In this document: in pieces, positions 1-9,900 of the stretch
Numbering within the stretch: position 1 is the stretch's first letter
Layout: every line of letters begins with the position of its first letter
Source of the DNA: Magnetospirillum sp.
GTDB lineage: Bacteria > Pseudomonadota > Alphaproteobacteria > Rhodospirillales > Magnetospirillaceae
Reading direction: 5' to 3'
Length of the DNA stretch: 39,966 bases
Assembly: GCA_016195125.1 (NCBI GenBank)
Contig: JACQAD010000083.1
Coordinates: forward strand, 1 to 39,966
The notes under the pieces: model-generated
The model's input: the letters and a program-made list of their open reading frames with translations, nothing else
What the model was told of the DNA's origin: nothing
The model's database searches: none
Made by a program: the position numbers and the translations under genes

Positions 1-266
1 ACCGCCTGCGCGGCCTTGCGACGGATCAGGCGATAGGTGCCGACCACTTCGCCTTCGGCCAGGACCAGCAGATGGTCGCAATGGCGGTCGTAATCGTCGA
101 AATCCAGCTCCAGAGCCTGCATGGAGGCGGTGGCCTTGGCCCCCATCTCCTCGTAGAACACCCGGTAGCGGATCCGCTGGGCGGCGGCGATCTCGGCCTT
201 GGTCTCGGCCAGGCGAACCTCGAGGCTGTCGATTGCGGCCGGCGTCAGGGCATGAAGTGCCGTCAT
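1..266 (-). CDS. olsB: GNAT-family ornithine-acyl-ACP N-acyltransferase (OlsB-like); 3' end lies outside the window
   Basis: Manual translation (not in the ORF track) from ATG at 266 gives MTALHALTPAAIDSLEVRLAETKAEIAAAQRIRYRVFYEEMGA...DFDDYDRHCDHLLV...VVGTYRL. These are the LEVRLA / AQRxRYxVFYEE / D-x-D-xxD-xxCDHL / VGTYRL motifs of OlsB-type acyltransferases. An alternative in-frame TTG lies at 278. Confidence 0.75.
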   Translation of the reverse strand, partial: MTALHALTPAAIDSLEVRLAETKAEIAAAQRIRYRVFYEEMGAKATASMQALELDFDDYDRHCDHLLVLAEGEVVGTYRLIRRKAAQA

Positions 267-530
267 CTGGTGGGTCAAGGCTCACCTCGGCTGATTGAAC
301 AGTCGTTGCGGGAAATGAACGGCGATTCCAAACTGGTCGAATTGGCCGGTCTTAGCGGCCGCTTCGGCACAACATGCGAACCTTCGACTGGATAGGTCTC
401 GTTGCCGTTCATGGCCTATCCTATAACTTGGACACTTGTGCCGAAGGGGTGAAACAATTATTACACTTGGTTTCACAGGCTGGGTGCGTCGTTATTTCGG
501 ACTGTCACCGCTTTCATTGAGGGAGACCCC

Positions 531-896
531 ATGGCCGAGTCCCGCATCGCCTCCGTCGAAGGCTTCCAGTTCTCGTTCCATCGCGAAGATCCCGAACGCC
601 CCATCCGCAAGGTTCTGGATCGCTGGGTGCTGCAGGATTGGACCTGCCAGGTGGAATACAAGGGTGACTGGTCCCACTTCACCATCCACGAATTCAATGA
701 CGGAGTGTTCGAACCCTCGGCCGTCCAGGGGGTGTTCAGCGATTTCGCCGGCGCCGCCGCGGTGGAGGTCACCACCCGCTGGCTGGAACGGCGCATCGAG
801 GAGAAGGATCTGCGCAACCGCCGCCAGCGCGATATCTTCCTGGGCGCCCTGGCCGTGGCCCTGGCCCTGGCCCTGGCCGCCATCTCGCTACGCTGA
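531..896 (+). CDS. Hypothetical protein with a C-terminal hydrophobic (membrane anchor) segment
   Basis: 121-aa ORF with a good SD (gagggag) and typical high-GC codon usage; ends RNRRQRD-IFLGALAVALALALAAISLR. Confidence 0.7.
   Translation: MAESRIASVEGFQFSFHREDPERPIRKVLDRWVLQDWTCQVEYKGDWSHFTIHEFNDGVFEPSAVQGVFSDFAGAAAVEVTTRWLERRIEEKDLRNRRQRDIFLGALAVALALALAAISLR
846..878 (+). repeat. Tandem GCCCTG hexamers encoding the Ala-Leu anchor
   Basis: gccctg gccgtg gccctg gccctg gccctg gcc. Confidence 0.6.
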
Positions 897-912
897 CGGG
901 GGCACCCTATAT
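884..912 (+). promoter_or_regulatory. Candidate RpoH (sigma32)-type promoter for msrA
   Basis: CTCGCT-N16-CCTATAT. The -10 element matches the alphaproteobacterial RpoH consensus CCTATAT; the -35 element only partly matches CTTGAA. Confidence 0.3.
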
Positions 913-949
913 ATCAGGGGGAAGACCCTTATAGAATGGAGCCTGCGTC

Positions 950-1585
950 ATGTCCCTGTGGGGCCCCAGCAAGACGGTGATGGTGACCGCCGACGAGGCG
1001 TTACCCGGCCGTCAGTCCGAAATCCACCTGCCCGAGCGCCATTTCGTGCTCGACACTCACCTCAAGCCGCCCTTCCCGGTGGGCATGGAGGTGGCCATCG
1101 TCGCCATGGGCTGCTTCTGGGGCGCCGAGAAGATGTTCTGGAAGATCCGGGGAGTCTATTCCACGTCGGTTGGCTATACCGGCGGCTTCACCCCCAACCC
1201 CAGTTACGAGGAAGTCTGCTCCGCCCGAACCGGCCATACAGAGGCGGTGATGATCGCCTTTGATCCCGCCGAATTGTCCTACGAGGCGCTGCTGGGCCTG
1301 TTCTGGGAAGGCCACAACCCCACTCAGGGCATGCGCCAGGGCAACGACATGGGCACCCAATACCGCTCGGCGCTCTATTGGACCACCGAATCCCAGCGCG
1401 CCGTCGCCGAGGCCAGCCGCGCGTCCTACGCTGTCAGGCTGAGACAAGCCGGATTCGGCGCCATCACCACCGAGATCGCTCCCGCCGGCCCCTTCTTCTG
1501 GGCCGAGGCCTATCACCAGCAATACCTGGCCAAGAATCCCGGCGGTTACTGCGGTCTTGGCGGAACCGGCGTGCGCTGCGGCTGA
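950..1585 (+). CDS. msrA: Peptide methionine sulfoxide reductase A
   Basis: GCFWGAE active site, [34 protein letters not shown], and C-terminal [12 protein letters not shown] resolving cysteines. Confidence 0.97.
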   Translation: MSLWGPSKTVMVTADEALPGRQSEIHLPERHFVLDTHLKPPFPVGMEVAIVAMGCFWGAEKMFWKIRGVYSTSVGYTGGFTPNPSYEEVCSARTGHTEAVMIAFDPAELSYEALLGLFWEGHNPTQGMRQGNDMGTQYRSALYWTTESQRAVAEASRASYAVRLRQAGFGAITTEIAPAGPFFWAEAYHQQYLAKNPGGYCGLGGTGVRCG

Positions 1586-1793
1586 GGCTTTGCCGCAAAA
1601 GGTGATTTATTGTATCGGAACCCAACCGCAGACCAACCGGATCGGCGTCAATACTCTAAGCTTATCAACGATATTCCAGAATCCCTCCCAATCGGGCGCC
1701 TTCCATCCTCCACCCTTGGGGGCATTGCCGCTATGGAAAGGCTTTGAACTCGTGACCATGTTCTGCTCATCAGCGGCAAAGCTGGGGAACATC

Positions 1794-2210
1794 ATGTCCA
1801 CGTGGCGAAACGAAGAATGGCAGAGCGGTGATCCCGCGATGGATACCGAGCATCAGAAGCTGCACCAGATGGCGTCTTCCATGACGGCGGTGGTCATGAA
1901 CGACCCCGGACTGGGACTGGCCACCGAGGCGGTGGACGTCCTGCGCGAGCGCATGCGCCTGCACTTCCGCATGGAGGAACAGGCCTTGGCCAGGACGGAT
2001 CCCGAATCCGCCTCCATCCTCAAGGAGGATCATGCCCGTCTGCTGCTGCTGCTGGGACGGGTTCGCGACGCTTTGGCCGATGGCGGCATCGAGGATTGCA
2101 AGCACTTGCTGACCGAGTTCAACACCGCCATGGACAAGCACGACCGCGAGGTCGATATCCCCCTGTTCCGCATGCAGAACAAGGGAAAGCGCGATCCGCT
2201 GGCCTCCTGA
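1794..2210 (+). CDS. Single-domain hemerythrin-like protein
   Basis: Start reassigned to ATG 1794 (SD ggggaac). Motifs W...GDPAMDTEHQKL, HFRMEE, KEDH, HDREVD; the first His of the HxxxH pair appears to be Leu. Confidence 0.8.
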   Translation: MSTWRNEEWQSGDPAMDTEHQKLHQMASSMTAVVMNDPGLGLATEAVDVLRERMRLHFRMEEQALARTDPESASILKEDHARLLLLLGRVRDALADGGIEDCKHLLTEFNTAMDKHDREVDIPLFRMQNKGKRDPLAS

Positions 2211-2242
2211 GTGCGGTCACATTCCAATGCCGATCGTTCGGC

Positions 2243-2764
2243 CTAATGCCGATAGTTCAGGCGGTCATCGAACAGGTCGCGCGGCCCGATCAGGTTGACG
2301 TGAACCGCACCCTTGTCGGTAAAGATATCCATGCTGGCGAAAACGGCCTCGGCCATGCGGAGGATGCTGCGCTCGCCCTCGAGAATCACTGGTGGCGACA
2401 GGCTGACCGTCGCCTCCGGCAGATGAAAGTCGGAGGTACACAATCCCAGCACCGTGTTGACGAGTTCAGCGGCGGTCTCGCGCAGGAACAAAGGTCGCTC
2501 CGCCTCCGATACCGGGTTATCGGCGGTAAGGCAGCCAAGCACCGTTTCGAGCAATTCCGGCTCGAAGCTGAAGGCGATCAGCAGGCCAATCGGCAATCCG
2601 AACCCAGCCACGGCGGTGATGTCGCTCAATCTTACTTGATCGATGCCACGATCATGGATGTCGAAGCCGTCGATACGCGCCGCCCCCTCGCTGGCCAGGA
2701 CGGAACTGGTCTGGCTCAGGATTGCCTCCATGGTTCTGGAGATGATGGCGGCATCAAAAGCCAC
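2243..2764 (-). CDS. CheX-like phosphatase
   Basis: GTG at 2764 with SD GGGAGG 8 nt upstream; ETAAELVNTVLG (E-x-x-N) and LSPPVIL motifs typical of the CheC/CheX family. Confidence 0.75.
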   Translation of the reverse strand: MAFDAAIISRTMEAILSQTSSVLASEGAARIDGFDIHDRGIDQVRLSDITAVAGFGLPIGLLIAFSFEPELLETVLGCLTADNPVSEAERPLFLRETAAELVNTVLGLCTSDFHLPEATVSLSPPVILEGERSILRMAEAVFASMDIFTDKGAVHVNLIGPRDLFDDRLNYRH

Positions 2765-2766
2765 GG

Positions 2767-2804
2767 CGCATCCCTCCCATATCCGAAAGGGATGGGAGGG
2801 AGCG
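2767..2804 (-). promoter_or_regulatory. Stem-loop occluding the SD of the CheX-like gene
   Basis: Perfect 10-bp inverted repeat tccctcccat (2771-2780) / atgggaggga (2792-2801), extended by cgc/gcg after a 1-nt bulge. Confidence 0.6.
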
Positions 2805-2908
2805 TATGTGACCAAATGTTGCGTTCAGCCGGTGCATACCACCAATGATACACGTAAGGCCGCCGGGCGCAAACAATGAAAAAGAAAGTTGCGTTAAATT
2901 ATCACCAA

Positions 2909-3976
2909 CTACACATTTGCGGCGGCGGCTCCCCGAGGCGGCTTGGGAAAGGTCCGGCCGAGATGTGTGCCCTTGGCCTCGACGAATTTCTTGCCGGTTT
3001 CATAGCCCAGCTCGAACATCCGCTCCAGGTTCGACCGCGACCAGTCCAGGGCGGTGGGTAGCCAATCCGGCGGAATATCGAACTGAACCTTGATCAGTTC
3101 CACATCCTGGCGCTTGGGGTGGTCCGAATTCCAGTCGTCGAGCATGTGCTCGAAGAAGGCCAGGTCGTGGCGGGTCAGCGAGATCAGCGGCAGGATCAGG
3201 TTCTGTCCCCAGGCCTGCCACAGATTGGGCGGATCTTGGATATAGCCCTCGTTGCCGAAGGCGTCGAAGACCACCACGGTTCGAATCCCCTCGTCATGCT
3301 CCAGCAGACCCTGGAAGTTGAAGGCGTCCTCGGCGGCGCCTTCCAGGTACAGCTTGCCGCCGACCTCGGCCGGCGGATAGATGAAGGGATAGGCCAGGGT
3401 GGCGCCGAAATGTTCGTAATCCAGCACATCCTTGCCGAAAATGGCCATCTTGTGGTCGGTCAGGTTGTAGGCGTTGAGGTAGACGTCCTCCTCCACGCTC
3501 TTCAGGGCCTCGAAATCCACCATCTCCATGATGAAGGGGGCATTGGCGCACAGGCCCTTGCTGAAGAAATTGACGGTGCTGGGAGTGAAAAGCGCCCAGA
3601 ACATCTGGATCAGGTCGCTGTAGAACTTCTGGCGCTTGGTCATGTTGAACTGGTTCATGATCAGGTTGTAGCCGGGCATCTTGGACAGCAGCCAACGATA
3701 GGCGGCGGCGACACGGCTGCCCTTCATGAACACCTTGTAGTTCATGGGGATGTATTTGTAGATCTCGTCCGAGACGCCGAAATTGACGGAATTGCGAAGC
3801 GAGTCCTGCCGGCTCATCCCCTTGGGGGCCAGATAGGACAGCGCCACGCCGCCGCCGCCGCCGGTGGCGGAGATCACGTCGAACTTAACCCCGGCCTCAT
3901 CGAAGGCCAGCAGGGCGCCGGTCATCAGGGTGAAGTTGGGAGCACCGCCCCCCAGAACCAAAGCCATCTTATGCAT
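2909..3976 (-). CDS. Patatin-like protein with non-canonical catalytic motifs
   Basis: N-terminal ALVLGGG, FDVISATGGG at the GxSxG position, AYPFIYPP and YLEGA at the DGG position; SD ggggag; starts 14 nt after the PKS stop. Confidence 0.8.
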   Translation of the reverse strand: MHKMALVLGGGAPNFTLMTGALLAFDEAGVKFDVISATGGGGGVALSYLAPKGMSRQDSLRNSVNFGVSDEIYKYIPMNYKVFMKGSRVAAAYRWLLSKMPGYNLIMNQFNMTKRQKFYSDLIQMFWALFTPSTVNFFSKGLCANAPFIMEMVDFEALKSVEEDVYLNAYNLTDHKMAIFGKDVLDYEHFGATLAYPFIYPPAEVGGKLYLEGAAEDAFNFQGLLEHDEGIRTVVVFDAFGNEGYIQDPPNLWQAWGQNLILPLISLTRHDLAFFEHMLDDWNSDHPKRQDVELIKVQFDIPPDWLPTALDWSRSNLERMFELGYETGKKFVEAKGTHLGRTFPKPPRGAAAANV

Positions 3977-3990
3977 GTCGTTCTCCCCCC

Positions 3991-6900
3991 TCAGGAAGGT
4001 GGCGCCATCAGCTCGCGGCCGATGACGCGCTGGATGAAGGCCGCGTCCTCGAAAATGGAATAATGGGTGCCTTCGCGCATGTAGACCTGCATGCGCGAGT
4101 TGGTAAACCGGCCCCAGCCCAGGATGTCCTGGCGCGAGACATAGGGATCACCCTTGGAAACGAAACAGGTGATGGGAATGTCCCAGGGCTTTTCCGGGAC
4201 ATACCGGTACTTGCTGGTCATCTCGAATTCGGCGCGCACCGCCGGCAGCATCAGCTTGCGCAATTCCGGGTCGTCCAGGAACTGGTCGCTGGCGGCCATG
4301 TCGAACTGGCGGATGATCTCGGCAAAGATGGGATCGGGCTGGCGATAGGGCGGCAGCCGGGGCTGGTAGCCCGGCATGGCCGCCAGATGCAGGGCCAGAT
4401 CCTTCTCGAACGAGCCGATGATCCGCACCCGGTCGGGACAGCGGGCGCCCGAGCAGAACAGGTGGCGGGGCTTGTACTCGGTCTCGTGGATCAGGGTGCG
4501 GGCCACCTCGTAAAGGGTCAGCCCGCCCAGGCAATGGCCGAACAGGGCGAAGGGCAGATCCAGCTTGCCGGTTTCCTCCATCTCGTCGATGACGTGATCG
4601 ACGAAGACCTCCATGTCGCGCACCGGCGTCTCGCTGATGCGGGCCAGCCGCCCCGGCGGCTCGACGGCGATGACCTCGATGGCGGGATCGGTGGTCGCCG
4701 ACCAGGCCTGGAAGGCGGCCGAGCCGCCGCCGGCAAAGGGAAAGCAGAAGATGCGGAAACGGGGGTTGGCCCGGGGCGCCACCGTCACCAGCCAGCGCCC
4801 CGCCTTGGCGGCCGGAGCCGGTTTGGGCCGGGGAGCCTCGGCGACGGATTCGGGCTCCGCCATCGCCGGGGCCGTGGTCACCTCGGCCAGATCGGGCCAG
4901 ACATCGGCCACCAATTCGTCGATGCTCGGCCCCTTGATCAGCTTTACAGCCGGAATACGGATCCCGGTGGCGCTCTCCACCCGGTTGATCAGAGTGACGG
5001 ACATCAGCGAATCCAGCCCCAATTCGCGCAGGGGACGGTCGGGCTCGACCTTCTGGGACATGCCCAGGGTGGCCATGACCTGACGGGCCAGGAAATCGGT
5101 GATGGCGCCGCGCCGCCGGACGGGATCGCCGGTCTCCATCTGCCGCTTCAATTCCTCGATATCGGCGGCCAAGCCGCCGACTGCATTGCCCTGAAGCAGC
5201 GAGAAGAAGCGCGGCGGCACCTGGAACTGCCGTAGGAAGGTCGGCCAATCCACCGGAATCACCACTGCCTGGGCGGCATCGCCGTCGAACAGGGCGGCAA
5301 AGGCCTCGTGCCCCAAGTCCGGCTGGATATAGGTGATGCCGCGGGTCCGCCAGACCGCCTCCAGCCCATCGGCCATGCCGGCGCTGGCCCAGGCGCCCCA
5401 ATTGACTGACAGGGCGGGCAGCCCCCGGCGGCGGCGATGGGCGGCCAGGGCGTCGAGACAGGCATTGCCGGTGGTATAATTGCTCTGCCCGGCCGAGCCG
5501 ATCACCGACAGCACCGAGGAGAACAGCACGAAATCGGTCAGGGCCAGATCGCGGCTGTGCTTGTGCAGCCACCATGCAGCATCCAGCTTGGGGGCCAGCA
5601 CCTTACGGAAACGGCCCCAATCCATCTGATCAACCAGACCGTCATCCAGCACACCGGCACTGTGATAGATGCCGCGCAGCCCGGCCTTGTGCTTGGCCAG
5701 CAACTTGGCGACATCGGCCTCGCGCGAGGTGTCGGCCCTGGCGATGGTGACCTTGGCGCCCAGCCCTTCCAGCCGCGCCCTGACGGCGGCGGCATTGGCG
5801 GCCTTGTCGCCCTGGCGCGACACCAGGACCAGATGGGCGGCCTGGCGCGATCGCGCCAGCCACTCGGCCACCTCGATCCCCAAGGCGCCGAGGCCGCCGG
5901 TGACCACATAGGTGCCGCCCTCGGGGGTTGCGGCGCGGCGGGACGGCCTGGGCATTCGGGCCAGACGGGCGCACAGGCGCCGGCCGCCGCGCAGGGCTAC
6001 CTGGGATTCATTGTCCTCGGCCCCCAATTGCGCCGCCAGCAGCGCGGCATCGTCGCCGCCCTCCTCCACATCGATCAATCCGCCCCACAGGGCCGGCGCC
6101 TCCAGGGACAACGAGCGGCCAAAGCCCCACAAGCCGGCCCCCAGCACGTTGACCGGCGGCTCGGTGCCCTGGGCGGAGATCGCATTGCGGCTGACCAGGA
6201 ACAGCTTGGGCGCCACCAGGAAGGCGGTGCGTCCGGCCCCCAGAGCGCGGGCAAGGGCGAGAACCGAGCCGTAGAGGCGCTGTTGCGCGGCCTCGTCGCT
6301 CCAACTTTCCTCCGCCCCGCAATCCAGGCCACCCAGATGGACGATCCCGGCCCGCCCGGCCCCGGCCTCGGCGGCGAAGCCGGACAACAGGGCGCCAAAG
6401 CCCTCCACACTGTCGGGACATTGGGCGGCGGGGACCAGGCGGCAGGCGGCGCCGGTCCGGGCCAGGGCTGCCTGGACCTTGCCGGCATAGCCATCGCCAC
6501 CCAGCACCAGCCAGGTCACCGGCCCGGAGGCCTTGGCCGTCACTTGCGGCAACGCCACCTCGTCCCAGCGCGGGCCATAAAGCCAGCCGCCCTCGCCCTG
6601 GCCGGGCTTGAACAGGGAGGCCGGCAGCTTCTTGACCGCCAGCCCCTCGAACGCGGCCATGGGCCTGCCATCCGAATCAAAGGCCGAGATGTCGATGATG
6701 GTGATGTCGGGATCATGGCCGTTGGGCTTGCGGCGGCGGGCATGGACCCAGGCCTCGCGCTCCTCGGTGCGGGCGCCGGTGAAGCGCTCCAGCCCCAGGG
6801 GCAGATGGGCCAGCGAGCCCTCGGGCGGCGGCTGGGTGAAGTCGCCATGCTCCTCGATCACCGCCGGATAGACATGCAGGCAGGCGTCCAGAAGGGCCGG

Positions 6901-9900
6901 ATGCATGATTCCGTTGCCCAAGGGCGCCACCTGATCGGGCAGGCGGATGCGGGCCAGGGCCTCGCCCTCGCCCCGCCACAGGCTTTCGATGGCGCGGAAG
7001 GAGGCGCCGTAGCCCAGACCCAGGCTCTTCATCCCGGCGTAATAGCTGTCGGCCTTGACCGGAAACGAACAGCGCCGCTTCAGCGCCTTGGCGTCGAAGG
7101 CCGCGGTCTTGGCGCCGTTGGCGGCGCGGAGCCGGCCCCGCATATGGGTGCGCCACTCGTCCTCCTCCGCCCCCTGGCTGGACAGATGAAAGCCGGCGCC
7201 CTCGGCATCGGGCTCGATCACCATATGGCCCAGGCGCTCTTCGTCATCGCCCAGGACCAGGGCGTCGCCGTGGCTGAACTGGGAAATCTCCAGCGGCCCA
7301 TCGCCCAGCTTGTCGCGGGCACCCTCCAGGGCCGCCACCAGACCGGCGGTGGTCGGCAGGACGATGGCGCCGTGGACACGGTGATCGCCCAGCCAGCCGA
7401 AGCGCTCGCAGCTGAGCACGGTCTCGTACTGGGCCGCCGCCAGGGGCGAGCGCAGGCGGTTGCCCAGCAGCCCGGCGGCGATGGCACGGACCGGCGGACG
7501 CCCGCCCACCGGCTGGTAATCCTTGGTGGCCCAGACCCGCTCGTGCTGGAACGCATAGGTGGGCAAAGACAGGCGCCGCAGATCGAAGGGCGCGTCGAAA
7601 GCGGCCCAATCCGGGTCATGTCCGGCCCGGTAGAGGGCGGCCATGGTATCAAGCAGGGTCCGGCTCTCGGCCCCGCCCTTGCCCAAGGTGGGTAGCCAGT
7701 TCAGCCCCTCGGCGGCGACATTGGCGCGCCCCAGGGCCAGCAGCGCCCCGCCGGGGCCAATCTCGACGAAATCCTTGATGCCGCTGGCCGCCAGGGCCTG
7801 AACCGCATCGGCGAAGCGAACCGCCTGGCGGGCCTGCTCACACCAATAGCGGGGATCGGGCGCCTCTTTCTTGGACTGACCGGTCAGGGTCGAGACCCAG
7901 GCCAGTTTGGGCGCCTTGGCCTCGGCGGCGGCGGCGGCCCGTTCCAGCTCGGGCAGGGCCGCATCCATCAGCGGCGAGTGGAAGGCGTGGGAGACGGTCA
8001 GGGCCCTGGTGGCGATGCCCTGGGCCTCCAGCGCCGCCACCACCGGGGCCAGCGCCTCGGCAGCGCCCGAGATCACAATACCCTGGGGGCCGTTGACGGC
8101 GGCAATGCCTAGCCTGGCCGGATCGGCAGCGGCCAGGGCCTGGGCCACCACCGCTTCCTCGGCGAAGACCGCGACCATGCCGCCGCCCGCGGGCAAGGCC
8201 TGCATCATCCGGCCCCTGGTGCAGACCAGCCGGGCCGCATCGTCCAGACTATAGATGCCGGCGATCACGGCGGCGGCGAATTCGCCGACGGAATGGCCGC
8301 ACACCGCCTCGGGCTTGATGCCCCAGCCGCCCAGCATCTCCGCCAGGGCCCATTCCACGGCGAACAGGCAGGGCTGGGTGTAGCCGGTCTGATGGATAAG
8401 CTCGCCATCCTCGAACAGTATTTCGAGCAACGGCCGGTCGAGATGAGGCGACAACGCCGCCGCCGCACGGTCCAACGCCGCCTTGAAATCAGGCTCGATC
8501 CGGTAGAGCTCGCGGCCCATGCCGGCCATCTGGGCACCTTGGCCGCTGAACAGAAAGGCGATGCGCCGGGGCTGGGATTGACGCCGCGCCGCCTTGGGAT
8601 CGGCCTTGAAATCGGCCAGCCGCGCCGCCAGTTCCGCCGGCGACGATACCGTGACGGCGAAGCGGTGATCGAAATGCACCCGCCCCACCGCCATGGTGTG
8701 GCAGGTATCGGCCAGGGAAAGGGCAGGATCAGCCTCGGCCCGGGCGCGATGGCGCGCCGCATTGGCGTCCAGGGCCGGGGCCGACTTGGCCGACAGCACG
8801 AACAGATGATACGGCCGTTCTGGCGCACCGGAACGAGGCCGGCTTTCCGGCGCCTGCTCCATCACCGCGACCGCGTTGGTCCCGCCGATGCCCAGGGAAT
8901 TGACCAGGGCCCGGCGCGGATGGCCGAGCGGCGACGGCCAGGGACGCGTCTCGGTATTGACGAAGAAGGAGGTGCTGTCGATCTTCAGGCGCGGATTGGG
9001 CTTTTGAAAATTGATGGTGGGCGGAATCATCCCCTCACCCATGGCCAGGGCCGTCTTGATCATGGAGGCCAGCCCGGCCGATTGCTCGGAATGGCCGATA
9101 TTGGGCTTGGCCGAGCCGATGGGGCACTTGTCCCGGCGCCCGTCGCCGTCGAAGGCCCGCTGCAGCGCGGTGAACTCGCGCGGATCGCCAATGGCCGTGC
9201 CGGTGCCGTGGCATTCCACATAGCCGATGGACGCCGGATCGAAGCCGCTTTGGGCCAGGGCCGCCGTCATGACGTCGGTCTGGCCGCGCACGCTGGTCCC
9301 GGCATAGCTGGCCTTGCGGCCGCCATCGTTGTTGAGCGCCGTTCCCCTGATCACGCCGTAGATATGATCGCCATCGGCCAGGGCCTGATCGAGGCTCTTG
9401 AACAGCATGGCGGCGATGCCCGACGAGAACACGGTGCCGCCGGCTTCGGCATCGAAGGTGCGGATATGGCCGTCGGGCGAGAAGATGGAGCCCTTGACCC
9501 CCATATAGCCCGCCGCATGAGGCACCCGCATGGTGCCGGCCGCCGCCATGGCCATGGCGCATTCGCCATTGCGGATGGCGTTGACGGCCAGATGCACCAG
9601 GACCAGCGAGGTCGAGCAGGCCGTCTGGACGTTGAGGCTGGGTCCGGTCAGATTCAGCTTGAACGAGACGCGGGTGCCGGCGAAATCCTTATCGTTGCCG
9701 ATATGCAGCAGGCTGGCGGTGGCGCCACGGGAATCCGGGTGGTCGGCCAGCTCGTTCATCATGTAATTGGTGACGACGCTGCCGGTGGCGGCATAGACGC
9801 CCACCGCCCCGTGATCGCCGCCCGGCGGATAGCCCGCATCCTCGAAGGCCTCCCAGGCCACCTCCAGCAGGTGGCGCTGTTGCGGGTCGATCAGGCGGGC

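Noticed and set aside
72-395. Plus-strand 107-aa ORF
   Set aside because: Antisense shadow of the OlsB-like gene, which has recognisable motifs.
1557-1793. N-terminal extension of the hemerythrin ORF
   Set aside because: Overlaps msrA, crosses AT-rich promoter-like DNA, and a good SD precedes ATG 1794.
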